DNA of 59,701 nt from a virus (IMGVR_UViG_3300032218_001256:1-59701), one strand, 5' to 3'; shown: positions 1-9,946, numbered from the stretch's first letter. Notes: generated by a model from the sequence alone, not told the origin. Translations and numbers: made by a program.

Positions 1-82
1 CTCTTCTGTTTAGCTCAGGGATGTACTTGGCGTACTTGCTAAACACTGTTATTTTACTCAAGGCTTCTAATCCTAAATCCAT
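1..82 (-). CDS. nrdJ: Ribonucleotide reductase, probably class II (B12-dependent); N-terminal fragment running off the window edge
   Basis: Hand translation from ATG at 82 gives MDLGLEALSKITVFSKYAKYIPELNRRE, resembling the 'KYARY....RRETW' N-terminus of RNR large subunits; only 27 codons are visible. Confidence 0.6.
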   Translation of the reverse strand, partial: MDLGLEALSKITVFSKYAKYIPELNRR

Positions 83-106
83 ACATTTAATTGTTTATGT
101 GTTGTT

Positions 107-145
107 AAAAAAATAAGGGCTACAAATGTAACTTTGTAACCCTTA
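107..145 (-). terminator. Hairpin plus U-tract (intrinsic terminator-like) overlapping a promoter
   Basis: Minus strand TAAGGGTTACAAA-gttaca-TTTGTAGCCCTTA followed by a T run. Confidence 0.55.
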
Positions 146-153
146 CCAAACAA
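123..153 (-). promoter_or_regulatory. Bacteroidota primary-sigma-type promoter upstream of RNR
   Basis: TTG (153-151), 20 nt spacer, TACATTTG (130-123); fits the TTG/TAnnTTTG consensus. Confidence 0.55.
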
Positions 154-172
154 CCACTTTTAAAAATTAAGT

Positions 173-574
173 TTAACCATTTTCCTTATCAATAACTGAT
201 TTAGTTAATGTTAATTCAAGCTGCTTAATTGCAGTTTCTACAGCAATTTTATCAGCCTCTTTTCTAGTTTTATAGACATCACTTGATCCACTAGTAGCTA
301 TATCAGATGTTATAGAATAACTAAACGATCCATCAGAAAAAGATGTAACATTAATGTACATGTTATGGCTATCAAAGAAATCAAATAGGTTTCTAGGATT
401 ACCATCAAGGATAGCGCCAACATTACTATTGTCTATTCCTTCTTCTCTGATGCTTTCCTTAAAGTCTTCAGGTAATCCTTCATGCTTTAAAGATTCAATC
501 ATCATTTCTAAATAATAACTACAAATAAGTTTAGCAGATTCTGGGTTCTGCTCTAATAATTCTTTTCCTTTCAT
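173..574 (-). CDS. Hypothetical protein
   Basis: 133-aa ORF overlapping its upstream neighbour by 4 nt. Confidence 0.8.
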   Translation of the reverse strand: MKGKELLEQNPESAKLICSYYLEMMIESLKHEGLPEDFKESIREEGIDNSNVGAILDGNPRNLFDFFDSHNMYINVTSFSDGSFSYSITSDIATSGSSDVYKTRKEADKIAVETAIKQLELTLTKSVIDKENG

Positions 575-1128
575 ACTAATTGTTGTTGTTTAATTTTATC
601 TAAATCTAAAATTTCATCTTCATAAACAAAAGTTCTCCAAAGTTCCATATCATCTGTAAAAGATACATCTAGTTTATCTTCCCAGTATTTACGAAGCTCT
701 TCTGACTTGTTAAAGATTCTATATTGTAAAGATATTTCATCTCTACGTAAACCATTGTTTACAACTTTAATAACTTTAGAAAATAAATTTTGAAAATCTT
801 CAGAAGTTTCAGAATATCTACCTTGCTTTATGATATCAAAATCTTTATTCCATTTTTTATTAAGTTGATATACTAAAACAACAAATCCTTCTTCATAATC
901 ATAATCATCAAGAATGTCTTTTGTTCTTTCATATTCTTTATCTAAGAACTCTCTAAAGTTATCAAGATTACTTGGTTGAAATAAGAGATATACAGCATTT
1001 TTATACTGTACATCTCTTCTTATATCTTCTAAATAAGCATTTAGAAAGTTATTCTTAGTAAAGTCGTCTCTATGAATTTTAAGAGTGGGCACCATGAATA
1101 TACTTGTGATTGTTTTCTTTAACTCCAT
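571..1128 (-). CDS. Conserved crAss-like hypothetical protein
   Basis: 185-aa ORF abutting the nuclease gene. Confidence 0.8.
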   Translation of the reverse strand: MELKKTITSIFMVPTLKIHRDDFTKNNFLNAYLEDIRRDVQYKNAVYLLFQPSNLDNFREFLDKEYERTKDILDDYDYEEGFVVLVYQLNKKWNKDFDIIKQGRYSETSEDFQNLFSKVIKVVNNGLRRDEISLQYRIFNKSEELRKYWEDKLDVSFTDDMELWRTFVYEDEILDLDKIKQQQLV

Positions 1129-2175
1129 TTATCCTTTTATGTTTACAACTCCACCATTTAAATAATTCTTACGAGATATATTCCATACATCATTCTCAAT
1201 AGCCCATTTAAGATCATCTATTGTTTCTAATACGCCTGGATAGACATATCCTTTAAGATTAAAACCATCTCTAGCATTTTCCATATCTTCTATATCTAGT
1301 GTATAGATGAGAGGACTAAAATAGTTAGTGCTATCACAGACAATAAAGCTAGGATATGCAACTCTATATCCATCATCTACTAGTATTTTGAAATGATAAT
1401 GTGCAGCATGCCAATACAAGAATGCTTGAATATATGCTCTTCTGTAAAGATAATATTCTTTATAGAAACCTTCAACACTCCAAGTACATTTAAGATCATA
1501 AACCTGAATAATTTTATTATCATGATCAATAATAACCTTATCCATCATACTCTTAAACTTATGACCATGCACTTGATAGTCTTCTACTTGGAGTTGATTG
1601 TATACATCGTATCTAGCTGTTTGATTTTGATTAACTATATATGCAGTGATAGGATTAGTCCTTAATTCTGTCACAATTTTCTCAGAATTTGTGACATCAT
1701 TAATACTAACAACTGTCATGCCTTTGCTTCTAACAAGCATAATCTCATCAAAATACGCCTCTGCTTCAGAGTTTATAAACTTCTTCATAACAGCATCATA
1801 TGCAATCTTGAATCCTGAATCTTTATAGGCATCAAGTGCTACTTCATTGAATTCACGAGTTATCTCTCCTGATTCATTTGTAGCTTCTTTCATATACTTA
1901 TATAAAGCTTCTACAAAATCTAACATTAGTCCTGTTGGTACACTTTGACATGTAGATAGATAGAACTTCTCATCAAACAACTCTGGTTCCATTAGTTTGG
2001 TCTCAACCAACCTACCCATAGTTGCTGCTTTGCTGTCATCATCATCTACTTTCTCACCAAGTACATACTTACGATAATACTTTTTTCTGTCTTGTGAAAA
2101 CTCTTTTAGACTAGAAGAGCTATCCATTACGATAGCTCTATAACTTGCTTCTGTTTTAACTGATCCTTTAATCAT
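1129..2175 (-). CDS. PD-(D/E)XK (RecB/ExoVIII-like) exonuclease
   Basis: S-S-S-L-K N-terminal motif, G..V(E/H) motif, 'KSMMDKV...YDLK' catalytic motif, 'YIQAFLY' QxxxY motif. Confidence 0.8.
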   Translation of the reverse strand: MIKGSVKTEASYRAIVMDSSSSLKEFSQDRKKYYRKYVLGEKVDDDDSKAATMGRLVETKLMEPELFDEKFYLSTCQSVPTGLMLDFVEALYKYMKEATNESGEITREFNEVALDAYKDSGFKIAYDAVMKKFINSEAEAYFDEIMLVRSKGMTVVSINDVTNSEKIVTELRTNPITAYIVNQNQTARYDVYNQLQVEDYQVHGHKFKSMMDKVIIDHDNKIIQVYDLKCTWSVEGFYKEYYLYRRAYIQAFLYWHAAHYHFKILVDDGYRVAYPSFIVCDSTNYFSPLIYTLDIEDMENARDGFNLKGYVYPGVLETIDDLKWAIENDVWNISRKNYLNGGVVNIKG

Positions 2176-2425
2176 TTTGTTTTTTGTTTTGTGATTCGTA
2201 ATATGCTTCTACTATTTGGTCATGCATTCCTCTTACTTCTACAGGAACACGTTTAAACCACCATCTAACTTCTATTTCGTATTCTCTACCTTGTTCATCT
2301 AATCCTCGAGGATTAACTAACCAGAAGTTATATTGCCTGCCATTAAACTCTACAAATCCTTCATAAAAGATTTCTGTGAATGAAGAGTTCTTATTGATTG
2401 ATACTGTTGCTTGTATTTCTCCCAT
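2168..2425 (-). CDS. Hypothetical protein
   Basis: 85-aa ORF in the operon. Confidence 0.7.
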   Translation of the reverse strand: MGEIQATVSINKNSSFTEIFYEGFVEFNGRQYNFWLVNPRGLDEQGREYEIEVRWWFKRVPVEVRGMHDQIVEAYYESQNKKQND

Positions 2426-2676
2426 TATAGTTCGCTTATTTTTTTAGTTGGATTCCATAGATAAGCAAACAATTCATACTGACGTCCTGAATCTGTCTTT
2501 CCTACTATTTCATTCTTTAATTGTTCTGGTGTCAAGATCATAACATCTTCTTTATGAATAATTATAAAGTCTTCACCTAACTTGTAACATTTCCTAACCT
2601 CATCTGAAGTTAAGTCTGCCCATAGTACTTTAGAGTCCATTTCTGGCTTGTACAACTTTTGTAGTTTCTTTTGCAT
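2425..2676 (-). CDS. Hypothetical protein
   Basis: 83-aa ORF in the operon. Confidence 0.65.
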   Translation of the reverse strand: MQKKLQKLYKPEMDSKVLWADLTSDEVRKCYKLGEDFIIIHKEDVMILTPEQLKNEIVGKTDSGRQYELFAYLWNPTKKISEL

Positions 2677-3070
2677 CTTTTTCTGATTTTGTTTTAGAAT
2701 TGTGACACCCTTCGCAGAGCGTTTGTAGATTGTCTATTTCACAGAAGAGACGTTCAATAAAACCAGGAAGGTCATTCCCACAGGTTAATGTACCTGCAGG
2801 AATGATATGATCCACATTTATCTTTTTCTCAGGGAACCAATCCTTACACTGATTACATTGATACTCAAACTTCTGTCTCTTCAAAGGTCCTTTATATGGA
2901 CGCTTTGATTTAGCTTTGCATTCAGAGATAGGTTTCCACCATCTTGACTTCTGCCTTAGTGCACTTCTAATGAAGGACCAAAATGCTGATTCTGTCATAG
3001 TTCCAGAGTTCCTTGTTTTAGGAACCCTGGATCTTTTTACTGGTATCTTTCTTACTATTCTCTTAGCCAT
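2630..3070 (-). CDS. HNH endonuclease
   Basis: CNQC...VDHIIP...NLQTLCEGCHNSKT. Confidence 0.9.
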   Translation of the reverse strand: MAKRIVRKIPVKRSRVPKTRNSGTMTESAFWSFIRSALRQKSRWWKPISECKAKSKRPYKGPLKRQKFEYQCNQCKDWFPEKKINVDHIIPAGTLTCGNDLPGFIERLFCEIDNLQTLCEGCHNSKTKSEKDAKETTKVVQARNGL

Positions 3071-3088
3071 AACTTATATTGTAAGTTA

Positions 3089-3119
3089 CAAAGCTACACA
3101 ATAACTACTCTACCTCCAA
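3089..3119 (-). promoter_or_regulatory. Bacteroidota-type promoter upstream of the HNH gene
   Basis: TTG (3119-3117), 20 nt spacer, TAGCTTTG (3096-3089), 18 nt before the ATG. Confidence 0.6.
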
Positions 3120-4569
3120 TTACTTGTTTCATTTCATCAAGATTAGCAATAATCTTATCTACAGTTTGAGGATTGATAGTAGGGAAATTAAAGTTATACT
3201 TCTTAGCCTCAGCTGCGAATCCTTCTTTAACTTTCTCTGCTAAGCCATCTAGTTCATTGATAGCATAAGTGTCATCCAACTGCATAGTATCAAAGTCTAG
3301 ATCATGTAAGATAGTAGTAGCCTCGTTACGTGGTACAGTCATGATTGGTAAATACTCATAACATCTACCTTTGTGCTGACCAATACCTACTACCTTCATA
3401 GGATTGATTAACACTAACATAGACTGATCGCCACATCCTACATAATGAATCTGATCTGCAGTGAAGTGTAAACCTGCTGCTGCACAATCTTGTGTAGACC
3501 AGTTACACTCTTCCATAGGCATCTTTACAGGAACACCTACACGAATGTCAAACGTCTTAGTCCAGTCATCTGTAAAGCGATTCTCTGCACGATTTGGTAG
3601 ATCAAGATACAAATCTGTCAATCCACCAATTAGTTCACCATGTTCTACACGAGTTATATCAGTATAACCACCTTCTCCATCACATGTTGGACATACACAA
3701 TCTTCTTGATCTTCTTCAGGTACAGGCTCACCATAACAATAATCACATTCTACCCACTCATCATCATAAAGATCATCTACATGGACAAGTTTGTATTCAC
3801 CATCCTCTAAGAATACTACATATTTATCTGGACTCTTTTTCCATACAGCTTTCACCTTGTTGTAGCTATTACTTACAAAGTGTACAAGCTCTGCACCACC
3901 ATGCAATGTAACTACATTACGTAATGCAACAAAGAAACCTTGTTTAGTGATTCTAAAACTGTTGTCTTTTAAGAAGCGAAACAACTCATCAGCTACCTCA
4001 GCACGTGGATTCAAGCAACACCACATCCAGAAACGCTTTAAGCCTTCCCAACGCTCATTAACTTCGTCATCATTCCAATCTTCTTGAGATAAAATGATGA
4101 ATTCCTCAATTAATAACTGAGGCATACTACGATCAATGCCTGTCATATACAAGGCACCATCACGCTCTTCGAACTCATCTTCTGCAAAATCAATTAACGT
4201 CTTGATGCCTACTGATAATGCTTCATTGCGCTTAACTTCTTCTTCAAACTTACGCTTCTCTTCTAGTCCTTCTTTAGAACTACATACAGTGAATAGCTCC
4301 ACTTCAGTTTTTGAGTTACGAGCACGATTGAAATCATCTATTGTAGCAGGATATTTACTAACGATGTTACCATCATTAAGAATAATAGTTAATACGTCAT
4401 TTACAAACTTGATGTTTGAATATGGCTTAAGAAGAATTGTACTACTAGTATCGCTAGATGTAGTAGTAAGAGTGTACGCAGGAGCTGTTGTTTCTTTCAA
4501 CAACATCTCTGCTAATTTTGTGTCTCTATCAATAAGAGACTTGAAAAAATCTAAACTTGCATTGTTCAT
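3094..4569 (-). CDS. rIIB: rIIB-like protein with an inserted CxxCxG zinc finger
   Basis: 'CAAAGLHF', 'VLINPMKVV', 'KGRCYEY' rIIB-like motifs; directly downstream of an rIIA-like gene. Confidence 0.8.
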   Translation of the reverse strand: MNNASLDFFKSLIDRDTKLAEMLLKETTAPAYTLTTTSSDTSSTILLKPYSNIKFVNDVLTIILNDGNIVSKYPATIDDFNRARNSKTEVELFTVCSSKEGLEEKRKFEEEVKRNEALSVGIKTLIDFAEDEFEERDGALYMTGIDRSMPQLLIEEFIILSQEDWNDDEVNERWEGLKRFWMWCCLNPRAEVADELFRFLKDNSFRITKQGFFVALRNVVTLHGGAELVHFVSNSYNKVKAVWKKSPDKYVVFLEDGEYKLVHVDDLYDDEWVECDYCYGEPVPEEDQEDCVCPTCDGEGGYTDITRVEHGELIGGLTDLYLDLPNRAENRFTDDWTKTFDIRVGVPVKMPMEECNWSTQDCAAAGLHFTADQIHYVGCGDQSMLVLINPMKVVGIGQHKGRCYEYLPIMTVPRNEATTILHDLDFDTMQLDDTYAINELDGLAEKVKEGFAAEAKKYNFNFPTINPQTVDKIIANLDEMKQVIGGRVVIV

Positions 4570-4595
4570 TTTGTGATTGTTTATACTGTTAAAAT

Positions 4596-6959
4596 TTAAG
4601 CTACAAATAATGATAATTGACCTTCCTCTACAGGAACGTATCCTTCAGTAATCTTATAGTTACTAGCATTCATGCGCATGTTCTTGTAACGACACATGTC
4701 TTTCATGACATCTAATAAACCTTTGTAATCAAAAGCATTTCCATAACTACCACTCATTTTGTTACATAACTTCTTTATGAATGGATATTTAGAAAACATT
4801 TTATCTGTACGATTTAGCTTGGTAAACATTTCTAAGTCATAAAGATTATGCTTAGAAGCATATTCATCAAGCTTAAGCTCAGTATTAGTTTCTTTAGCCC
4901 ATGTCCAAATCATCTTTTCTTTATAATCATATAGTTCATCAAGATCTTTCTTTAAATCTGAGTTAACTTCATCTAATACATTACGAACATCAAACACTCT
5001 ACTATACAATCCTACAAACATGAAGATTAATTTAGCTGTCATCATCCTCTTGAATGGTTTATTATGACCTTTCAAGAATGTAGCTAGAGGCATAAAGTTA
5101 TGAAGATTATACATCTCCAACACTTTAATCTCTCTATCAGACATGATAACAAATGCTATCTCGTTCTCTACTTTCTTGAACAAACCAAATAGATGATCAA
5201 GAGATGTACGCTGCTCTTCTTTAGCATAGACAGTTAGCATATTTCTCTTATGAAGAGTCTTACCATCAAATATCATAGGAACAAACTTAGCGTTAGTGCC
5301 TGTCTCTCTTTCTGGAGTTGTTGCTTGCTTAACATTAACATCACCCTTCTCCTTTATTTTACCATTCTTGGCAGCTTTAGGTTTAGGTTTGTAGTTCTTA
5401 GCTTTATCAGCAACTATCCATGCTTCAGGTATATCTATAGCATCAAGATCTATAAAGCTATCTGTAACCTTTTTAAGACAAGTTTGAAATTCTACAATTA
5501 CTTCTCTCCATTGTGACTTGGGATAGTTATATAACTTCAATAAGTCATGATAACAACGCATGTCTGGATTAGAATAATGAGTAGTAGTTGCCCAACCTTT
5601 GTCTTTAGAAAATAATGTAAAAGGATGAGACTTCTTGATAAACTTTGCAGACTTCTTGGCCCATAGCTCTTTGATATAACGACGTTTGCGATCACCAAAT
5701 ACTCCTGTGAATATAGCAATTTTTTTAGCTCTACCTAAAGATGTAAAAGTTACATCTGAATCCCATCTACTACGAGAATCATATATTCTAGCTCTGTATT
5801 CACTAAGCTCATGCTTACATTCATATTCATTAAGCATATAATCTCTTATCTTATAAAGACTTTCTGCTGTAAAATACTTACATCCTACCAGTGTAGGCGT
5901 ACGTTCTGGTATTGTAGCATGTTTTAGTATTTCAGATACATCCCACTGATCGCCATTGTGATCTTTAATGTGTCTATGTCCACTAGAGAAATGGTCTATC
6001 ACTGCACGTACATCATCTGTATCAGCAATAGATTCATTGTATGTAGTCATAAACTCATTAGCCAGGGTTGTAATCTTTTTCTTGATAAGTTGCTTAGCTT
6101 CTTGAGTGTATCTCAATGACTCTCTATTTGGCGTAGGAAACAATCCATCTGTAAGACTAAACCTTAATCCTATTCTACAATGATAAATTCTACTGATACC
6201 AAGCTTATCAAAATCTAATGGATAGTATACATTATCTAGACATACGTGCATATTACTATCAGGACATACGTCTGAGATTTGATAATGCTCACTTCTATAG
6301 ATGTTGAATGTATTATTCATATCAGGAACATCAAAATAGACGTTCTCAAAATAAGCAAGCTGTTCCTTAATCTTCTTCTTGAATTCATAGGCATCAACCC
6401 ACTTAACAGGAATGATAATCTTGACGCCATTACCTTCAGAAGTTGCACTATCAGATAACAAGTCAATCGAGTTGACTTCTTCTCCTTCATACATCATATA
6501 CTTACGCTCTCTTCCATCTTTACGTGCAATGAAATAGAAGCTAGAAGCATATGCAAGAGGAGCCTTAAAGCCTAAGCCCATCATACCTAATTCTGTAGTA
6601 GAATCACGCTTGGTAGACTTACCATACTTACTAATGATGTTCTCTACATCATCAGCATCTAAGCCTATACCAAAGTCTTCTACAGAGAATTCATAGTTAT
6701 TATTAACTGACTTAAAGCTAACAATAATAGGATGATTACCCTTACCTGCTCTACGATGAGAGTCTAGTGCATTACTAGCGCACTCTCTAACAGTTGAACC
6801 AATTGCATCTGCATATAGGTTCTTACTCAACATCTGCATGAGCACCTGTGCACTGTCAAGATCTAACGACATACCAATAGTAGCTTGTGTGCTACCCACT
6901 TCATGTATTAAAGATTGTGTTTGTTTTTCTAAGATCATATGTCTGCTTTTTGTAGCCAA
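4596..6959 (-). CDS. rIIA: rIIA-like protein (N-terminal GHKL/Hsp90-type ATPase)
   Basis: 'RECASNALDSH', 'EDFGIGL', 'YGKSTK', 'GMMGLGFKAP', 'PNRESLRY'. Confidence 0.88.
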   Translation of the reverse strand: MATKSRHMILEKQTQSLIHEVGSTQATIGMSLDLDSAQVLMQMLSKNLYADAIGSTVRECASNALDSHRRAGKGNHPIIVSFKSVNNNYEFSVEDFGIGLDADDVENIISKYGKSTKRDSTTELGMMGLGFKAPLAYASSFYFIARKDGRERKYMMYEGEEVNSIDLLSDSATSEGNGVKIIIPVKWVDAYEFKKKIKEQLAYFENVYFDVPDMNNTFNIYRSEHYQISDVCPDSNMHVCLDNVYYPLDFDKLGISRIYHCRIGLRFSLTDGLFPTPNRESLRYTQEAKQLIKKKITTLANEFMTTYNESIADTDDVRAVIDHFSSGHRHIKDHNGDQWDVSEILKHATIPERTPTLVGCKYFTAESLYKIRDYMLNEYECKHELSEYRARIYDSRSRWDSDVTFTSLGRAKKIAIFTGVFGDRKRRYIKELWAKKSAKFIKKSHPFTLFSKDKGWATTTHYSNPDMRCYHDLLKLYNYPKSQWREVIVEFQTCLKKVTDSFIDLDAIDIPEAWIVADKAKNYKPKPKAAKNGKIKEKGDVNVKQATTPERETGTNAKFVPMIFDGKTLHKRNMLTVYAKEEQRTSLDHLFGLFKKVENEIAFVIMSDREIKVLEMYNLHNFMPLATFLKGHNKPFKRMMTAKLIFMFVGLYSRVFDVRNVLDEVNSDLKKDLDELYDYKEKMIWTWAKETNTELKLDEYASKHNLYDLEMFTKLNRTDKMFSKYPFIKKLCNKMSGSYGNAFDYKGLLDVMKDMCRYKNMRMNASNYKITEGYVPVEEGQLSLFVA

Positions 6960-7651
6960 TCAATTTTATACCCATTGGTTTCTTTGATTAGCGTGTTGAT
7001 TTTTGTGAATACTCCTTCTGTATCCCAATGACTGTTTCTGTAAGAAGCTGATGCTGGATGACTCACCTCAAAATGAAATGTGAATGGTGAGACATATCTT
7101 TTAAGCTTACCTGCTTCTTTACCAAAGAACACTATTGGTATACCTGTAAATGAAAACACTTCTTCTAACAGATATTGCATAAATGGTTCCCATATCTTTA
7201 GATGAGAGCCTGCTTTATGAATTTCTGTAGTGAGAGCTGCGTTACATAGTAACACTCCTTGCTTAGCTAGGAATCTTAAATCTGGGTTTCTATCTCTATC
7301 CATACGAAACCCACCATACACTTCTCTTTCCATGCCTTGATATAATTGAAACAAGCTTGGCTGTAACGATTTTGTTACAGAACAGCTCATCATCAATCCA
7401 TCAGCCACTGGTTGTCCATTCATCATTGTGTGATAAGGACATAAACCTATGAGAATAACTTTAACATCTTGAAAGCGTGTTTCTTTAAAACATCTCCAAA
7501 CATTCTGAGAGAGAGGAGCAATCATCTTGCCCCTCTTACTATCAGCTTTTAGTTGTTCGTAGATTTTATCACAAGCCTCGCTCTCTATGAAAGGCTTCAT
7601 CTTAGGATGCCAGCTTTCATCAAATAAATCTTTAAACTTTTCCCAATTCAT
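6935..7651 (-). CDS. ung: Family-1 uracil-DNA glycosylase homologue with an altered catalytic motif
   Basis: 'VKVILIGLCPYH', 'ADGL', 'LAKQGVLLCNAALT', 'GSH...WEPF', 'SHPAS'. Confidence 0.85.
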   Translation of the reverse strand: MNWEKFKDLFDESWHPKMKPFIESEACDKIYEQLKADSKRGKMIAPLSQNVWRCFKETRFQDVKVILIGLCPYHTMMNGQPVADGLMMSCSVTKSLQPSLFQLYQGMEREVYGGFRMDRDRNPDLRFLAKQGVLLCNAALTTEIHKAGSHLKIWEPFMQYLLEEVFSFTGIPIVFFGKEAGKLKRYVSPFTFHFEVSHPASASYRNSHWDTEGVFTKINTLIKETNGYKIDWLQKADI

Positions 7652-8430
7652 TATAACGATAGTTCTAATTGTCTATATTCTTGTACAATAATATTAGCTG
7701 GTTTTTGTTTTGCAACAAGTTCACCTTGAGCATTAACAAAGAAATCATGAGCACTCATGTGATCATTCATCCATGTTGCTGGATGTAGTTCTTTCATTGA
7801 GTGTGTTGTATGTTGATACAAATCCCACAGTGTGCCTTCTACACCATAATCATAAGAAGGTTTAATTATCTCCTTACGAATGATGTTAAGCTGCATTGTG
7901 CTAATGATTTGTTCTTCTACCACCATACGTCCTAGTAGCTCACCTTGCTGACGCTTAGTGATTTCTACACGCTTCATCATCTCACGTTGAATCTGCATCT
8001 CTCTAAACGCATCACCTGCGCTCTTGATGTATTCAGTGATAGCTGAAGGCGTGAACTCTTGGATAGCACCTTTATGAGCTTTCTTGAATGTACCCATGTC
8101 ACCAGACACTAGTCCATTAGAACATATCATAATGTTTACACCAATAGCAAACTTCAAGCTCACCTGACGATTATAACTATTCTGCCACCCAATCTGAATT
8201 TGCATCTCACTATCCATGATGTTGGTTAGTGTAAACTTACCTGTAGCTACTTGGCCATCAGCTGCAAGCGTATATGCTTCTTTACCTAATGTAAAGCCTG
8301 CACCATCAATAGCTGCTAGTGTAAGATCAATTAATTGTGCATTGCTTACAGGTTTGTAAGTTGCTGTTTGTGCTGGCACTGGTACATCTGTTACTAAGTG
8401 CTTCAAGCTTGTGTAGTCTGTTCTTTTCAT
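7651..8430 (-). CDS. DUF932-like domain protein
   Basis: 'YKPVSN', 'NSYNRQ', 'ICSNGLV', 'GTLWDLYQ' pattern. Confidence 0.7.
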   Translation of the reverse strand: MKRTDYTSLKHLVTDVPVPAQTATYKPVSNAQLIDLTLAAIDGAGFTLGKEAYTLAADGQVATGKFTLTNIMDSEMQIQIGWQNSYNRQVSLKFAIGVNIMICSNGLVSGDMGTFKKAHKGAIQEFTPSAITEYIKSAGDAFREMQIQREMMKRVEITKRQQGELLGRMVVEEQIISTMQLNIIRKEIIKPSYDYGVEGTLWDLYQHTTHSMKELHPATWMNDHMSAHDFFVNAQGELVAKQKPANIIVQEYRQLELSL

Positions 8431-8642
8431 GATTGTGATATTCTAAGTTTAAATCCAAAAAATTTATTTAATATTCCTTCTAGGTTTTCTATACCTATAC
8501 ATTCTATAGAGTCTCCTTCTGTAGTCTCTAACCATTCTGTCTCTTGTTGTATCTCATACACAAGATCTTCAACAGCTGCTGCTAATTCTTCTACGTTCAT
8601 TTTTCTGTTGGTGATATTAATTCTTGTTGAACATTTTGCCAA
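8427..8642 (-). CDS. Hypothetical protein (true start probably at the internal MNVEE)
   Basis: Small ORF with 4-nt overlap coupling. Confidence 0.6.
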   Translation of the reverse strand: MAKCSTRINITNRKMNVEELAAAVEDLVYEIQQETEWLETTEGDSIECIGIENLEGILNKFFGFKLRISQS

Positions 8643-8857
8643 TAGTTAATCATTGTTAATGGATTAACTAATATACCTTCTATAAATATCATAGATGCTT
8701 CATCAGACATTTGTTCATACTGCATCATTACTTCATCAATTACCATAGAAGCAGTTTGAATAGCATAATCATGTATAGAGTCTTCTTCTATAAGACTTCC
8801 ACAACTATCATAAAATTTGAAATAAAGCATATCTGCTTTTTCTTTTGGCGTTATCAT
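8597..8857 (-). CDS. Hypothetical protein
   Basis: 86-aa ORF beginning MITPKEKA, a style common among small Bacteroidota phage proteins. Confidence 0.65.
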   Translation of the reverse strand: MITPKEKADMLYFKFYDSCGSLIEEDSIHDYAIQTASMVIDEVMMQYEQMSDEASMIFIEGILVNPLTMINYWQNVQQELISPTEK

Positions 8858-9864
8858 ATTAGTTCTTTCTGTTTTAAATAATCTTCTATTGCTTTCATAC
8901 CATGGGCTTTTGCTAAATCAGCCCAATCCTTAATGCCCTCAGATAAATACTTCCTGGGTACATTACAATAACCAAAGTTGAACATCTGTGTGATTTGTTG
9001 TGAATTCTCTACACCAACAACATCTGAATCAAAAGATAATATCTGACTAGCAGAATTACTCTTGATATATTCAACGTTCTCAGGAGAGAAACAACCTAGT
9101 CCCTCATTCTGTACAGCACAGCTGCATGGAAAGAGTTTTTTCATCACCATATAATCTTTCTTTGATTTGTTGATAAATGCTACATCACAACCTTTGATGT
9201 CATCTTTACCATCCATCGCAGTTATGGGCACATTGTTTGGTACCCATTTACTCTTCTTATCCTTAGCGTGTGGACGATATATCTTCCATTTATCATCATA
9301 CAAATAACCAAACCTCAGCTCAAAAGGAACTGGGAACAGTTGTTTGTTAAGATAAACCTTAGATATACTATAAACATTATTTGCTTTCAGGTCATCAAGA
9401 CTTTGATGATACTGATTCCAATAGGCCAATTCGTCATTAGTGAATGCTTTCACAACCACTTGAATGTTAGAATATGCTTTGACAGCACGTACTGGTTGGA
9501 TGTATTGTGAGACAATACGTTTGTATTGTTCTGTATTGGTTTCTCTGGAGAATCCTAGTCCAAAGTCTCTATCAATTAGTGCTAAGACTTCTTTTAAATC
9601 TTTAAGATTAAAAGACATTCTAACAAAATCAAAACAAGAACCTCTCTTACTAGTATCTGCAAAATCAATAAACGTTAATCTTCCTTGCTTATTTCCAATC
9701 ATGAATGATGGATTACGCTCGTTTCTAAATGGAGAAAACGTCACAACATTTGGCTCCCAATCAGTATTGGGCATATAATATTTAAATATGTCATACTCTG
9801 TTATCTTTTCGAGTATCTTTTCTGGCGTAAGGAAAGAAGGTTTTAATCTTCCTGTTATTCCCAT
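8854..9864 (-). CDS. DnaG-type DNA primase (crAss-like)
   Basis: Degenerate ZBD 'SPFRNERNPSF...FIDF', TOPRIM 'KSKKD...FDSD', 'KDWAD'. Confidence 0.85.
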   Translation of the reverse strand: MGITGRLKPSFLTPEKILEKITEYDIFKYYMPNTDWEPNVVTFSPFRNERNPSFMIGNKQGRLTFIDFADTSKRGSCFDFVRMSFNLKDLKEVLALIDRDFGLGFSRETNTEQYKRIVSQYIQPVRAVKAYSNIQVVVKAFTNDELAYWNQYHQSLDDLKANNVYSISKVYLNKQLFPVPFELRFGYLYDDKWKIYRPHAKDKKSKWVPNNVPITAMDGKDDIKGCDVAFINKSKKDYMVMKKLFPCSCAVQNEGLGCFSPENVEYIKSNSASQILSFDSDVVGVENSQQITQMFNFGYCNVPRKYLSEGIKDWADLAKAHGMKAIEDYLKQKELI

Positions 9865-9879
9865 TTAATTTATTTAGTT

Positions 9880-9916
9880 TAGAAAAGAAAGCCCAATCTA
9901 AAATAGACTGGGCTTT
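9880..9916 (-). terminator. Intrinsic terminator
   Basis: AAAGCCCAGTCTA-ttt-TAGATTGGGCTTT followed by CTTTTCT. Confidence 0.75.
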
Positions 9917-9946
9917 ACTATAATAGATGATATAAAATAGAAAATC

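Noticed and set aside
84-172. Cobalamin riboswitch upstream of the class II RNR
   Set aside because: The intergenic region is only ~90 nt, AT-rich and lacks the B12-box; it is explained by a hairpin plus promoter
1129-2175. Cas4 adaptation nuclease
   Set aside because: PD-(D/E)XK core is present but the four-Cys Fe-S cluster motif is absent; fits an ordinary phage exonuclease
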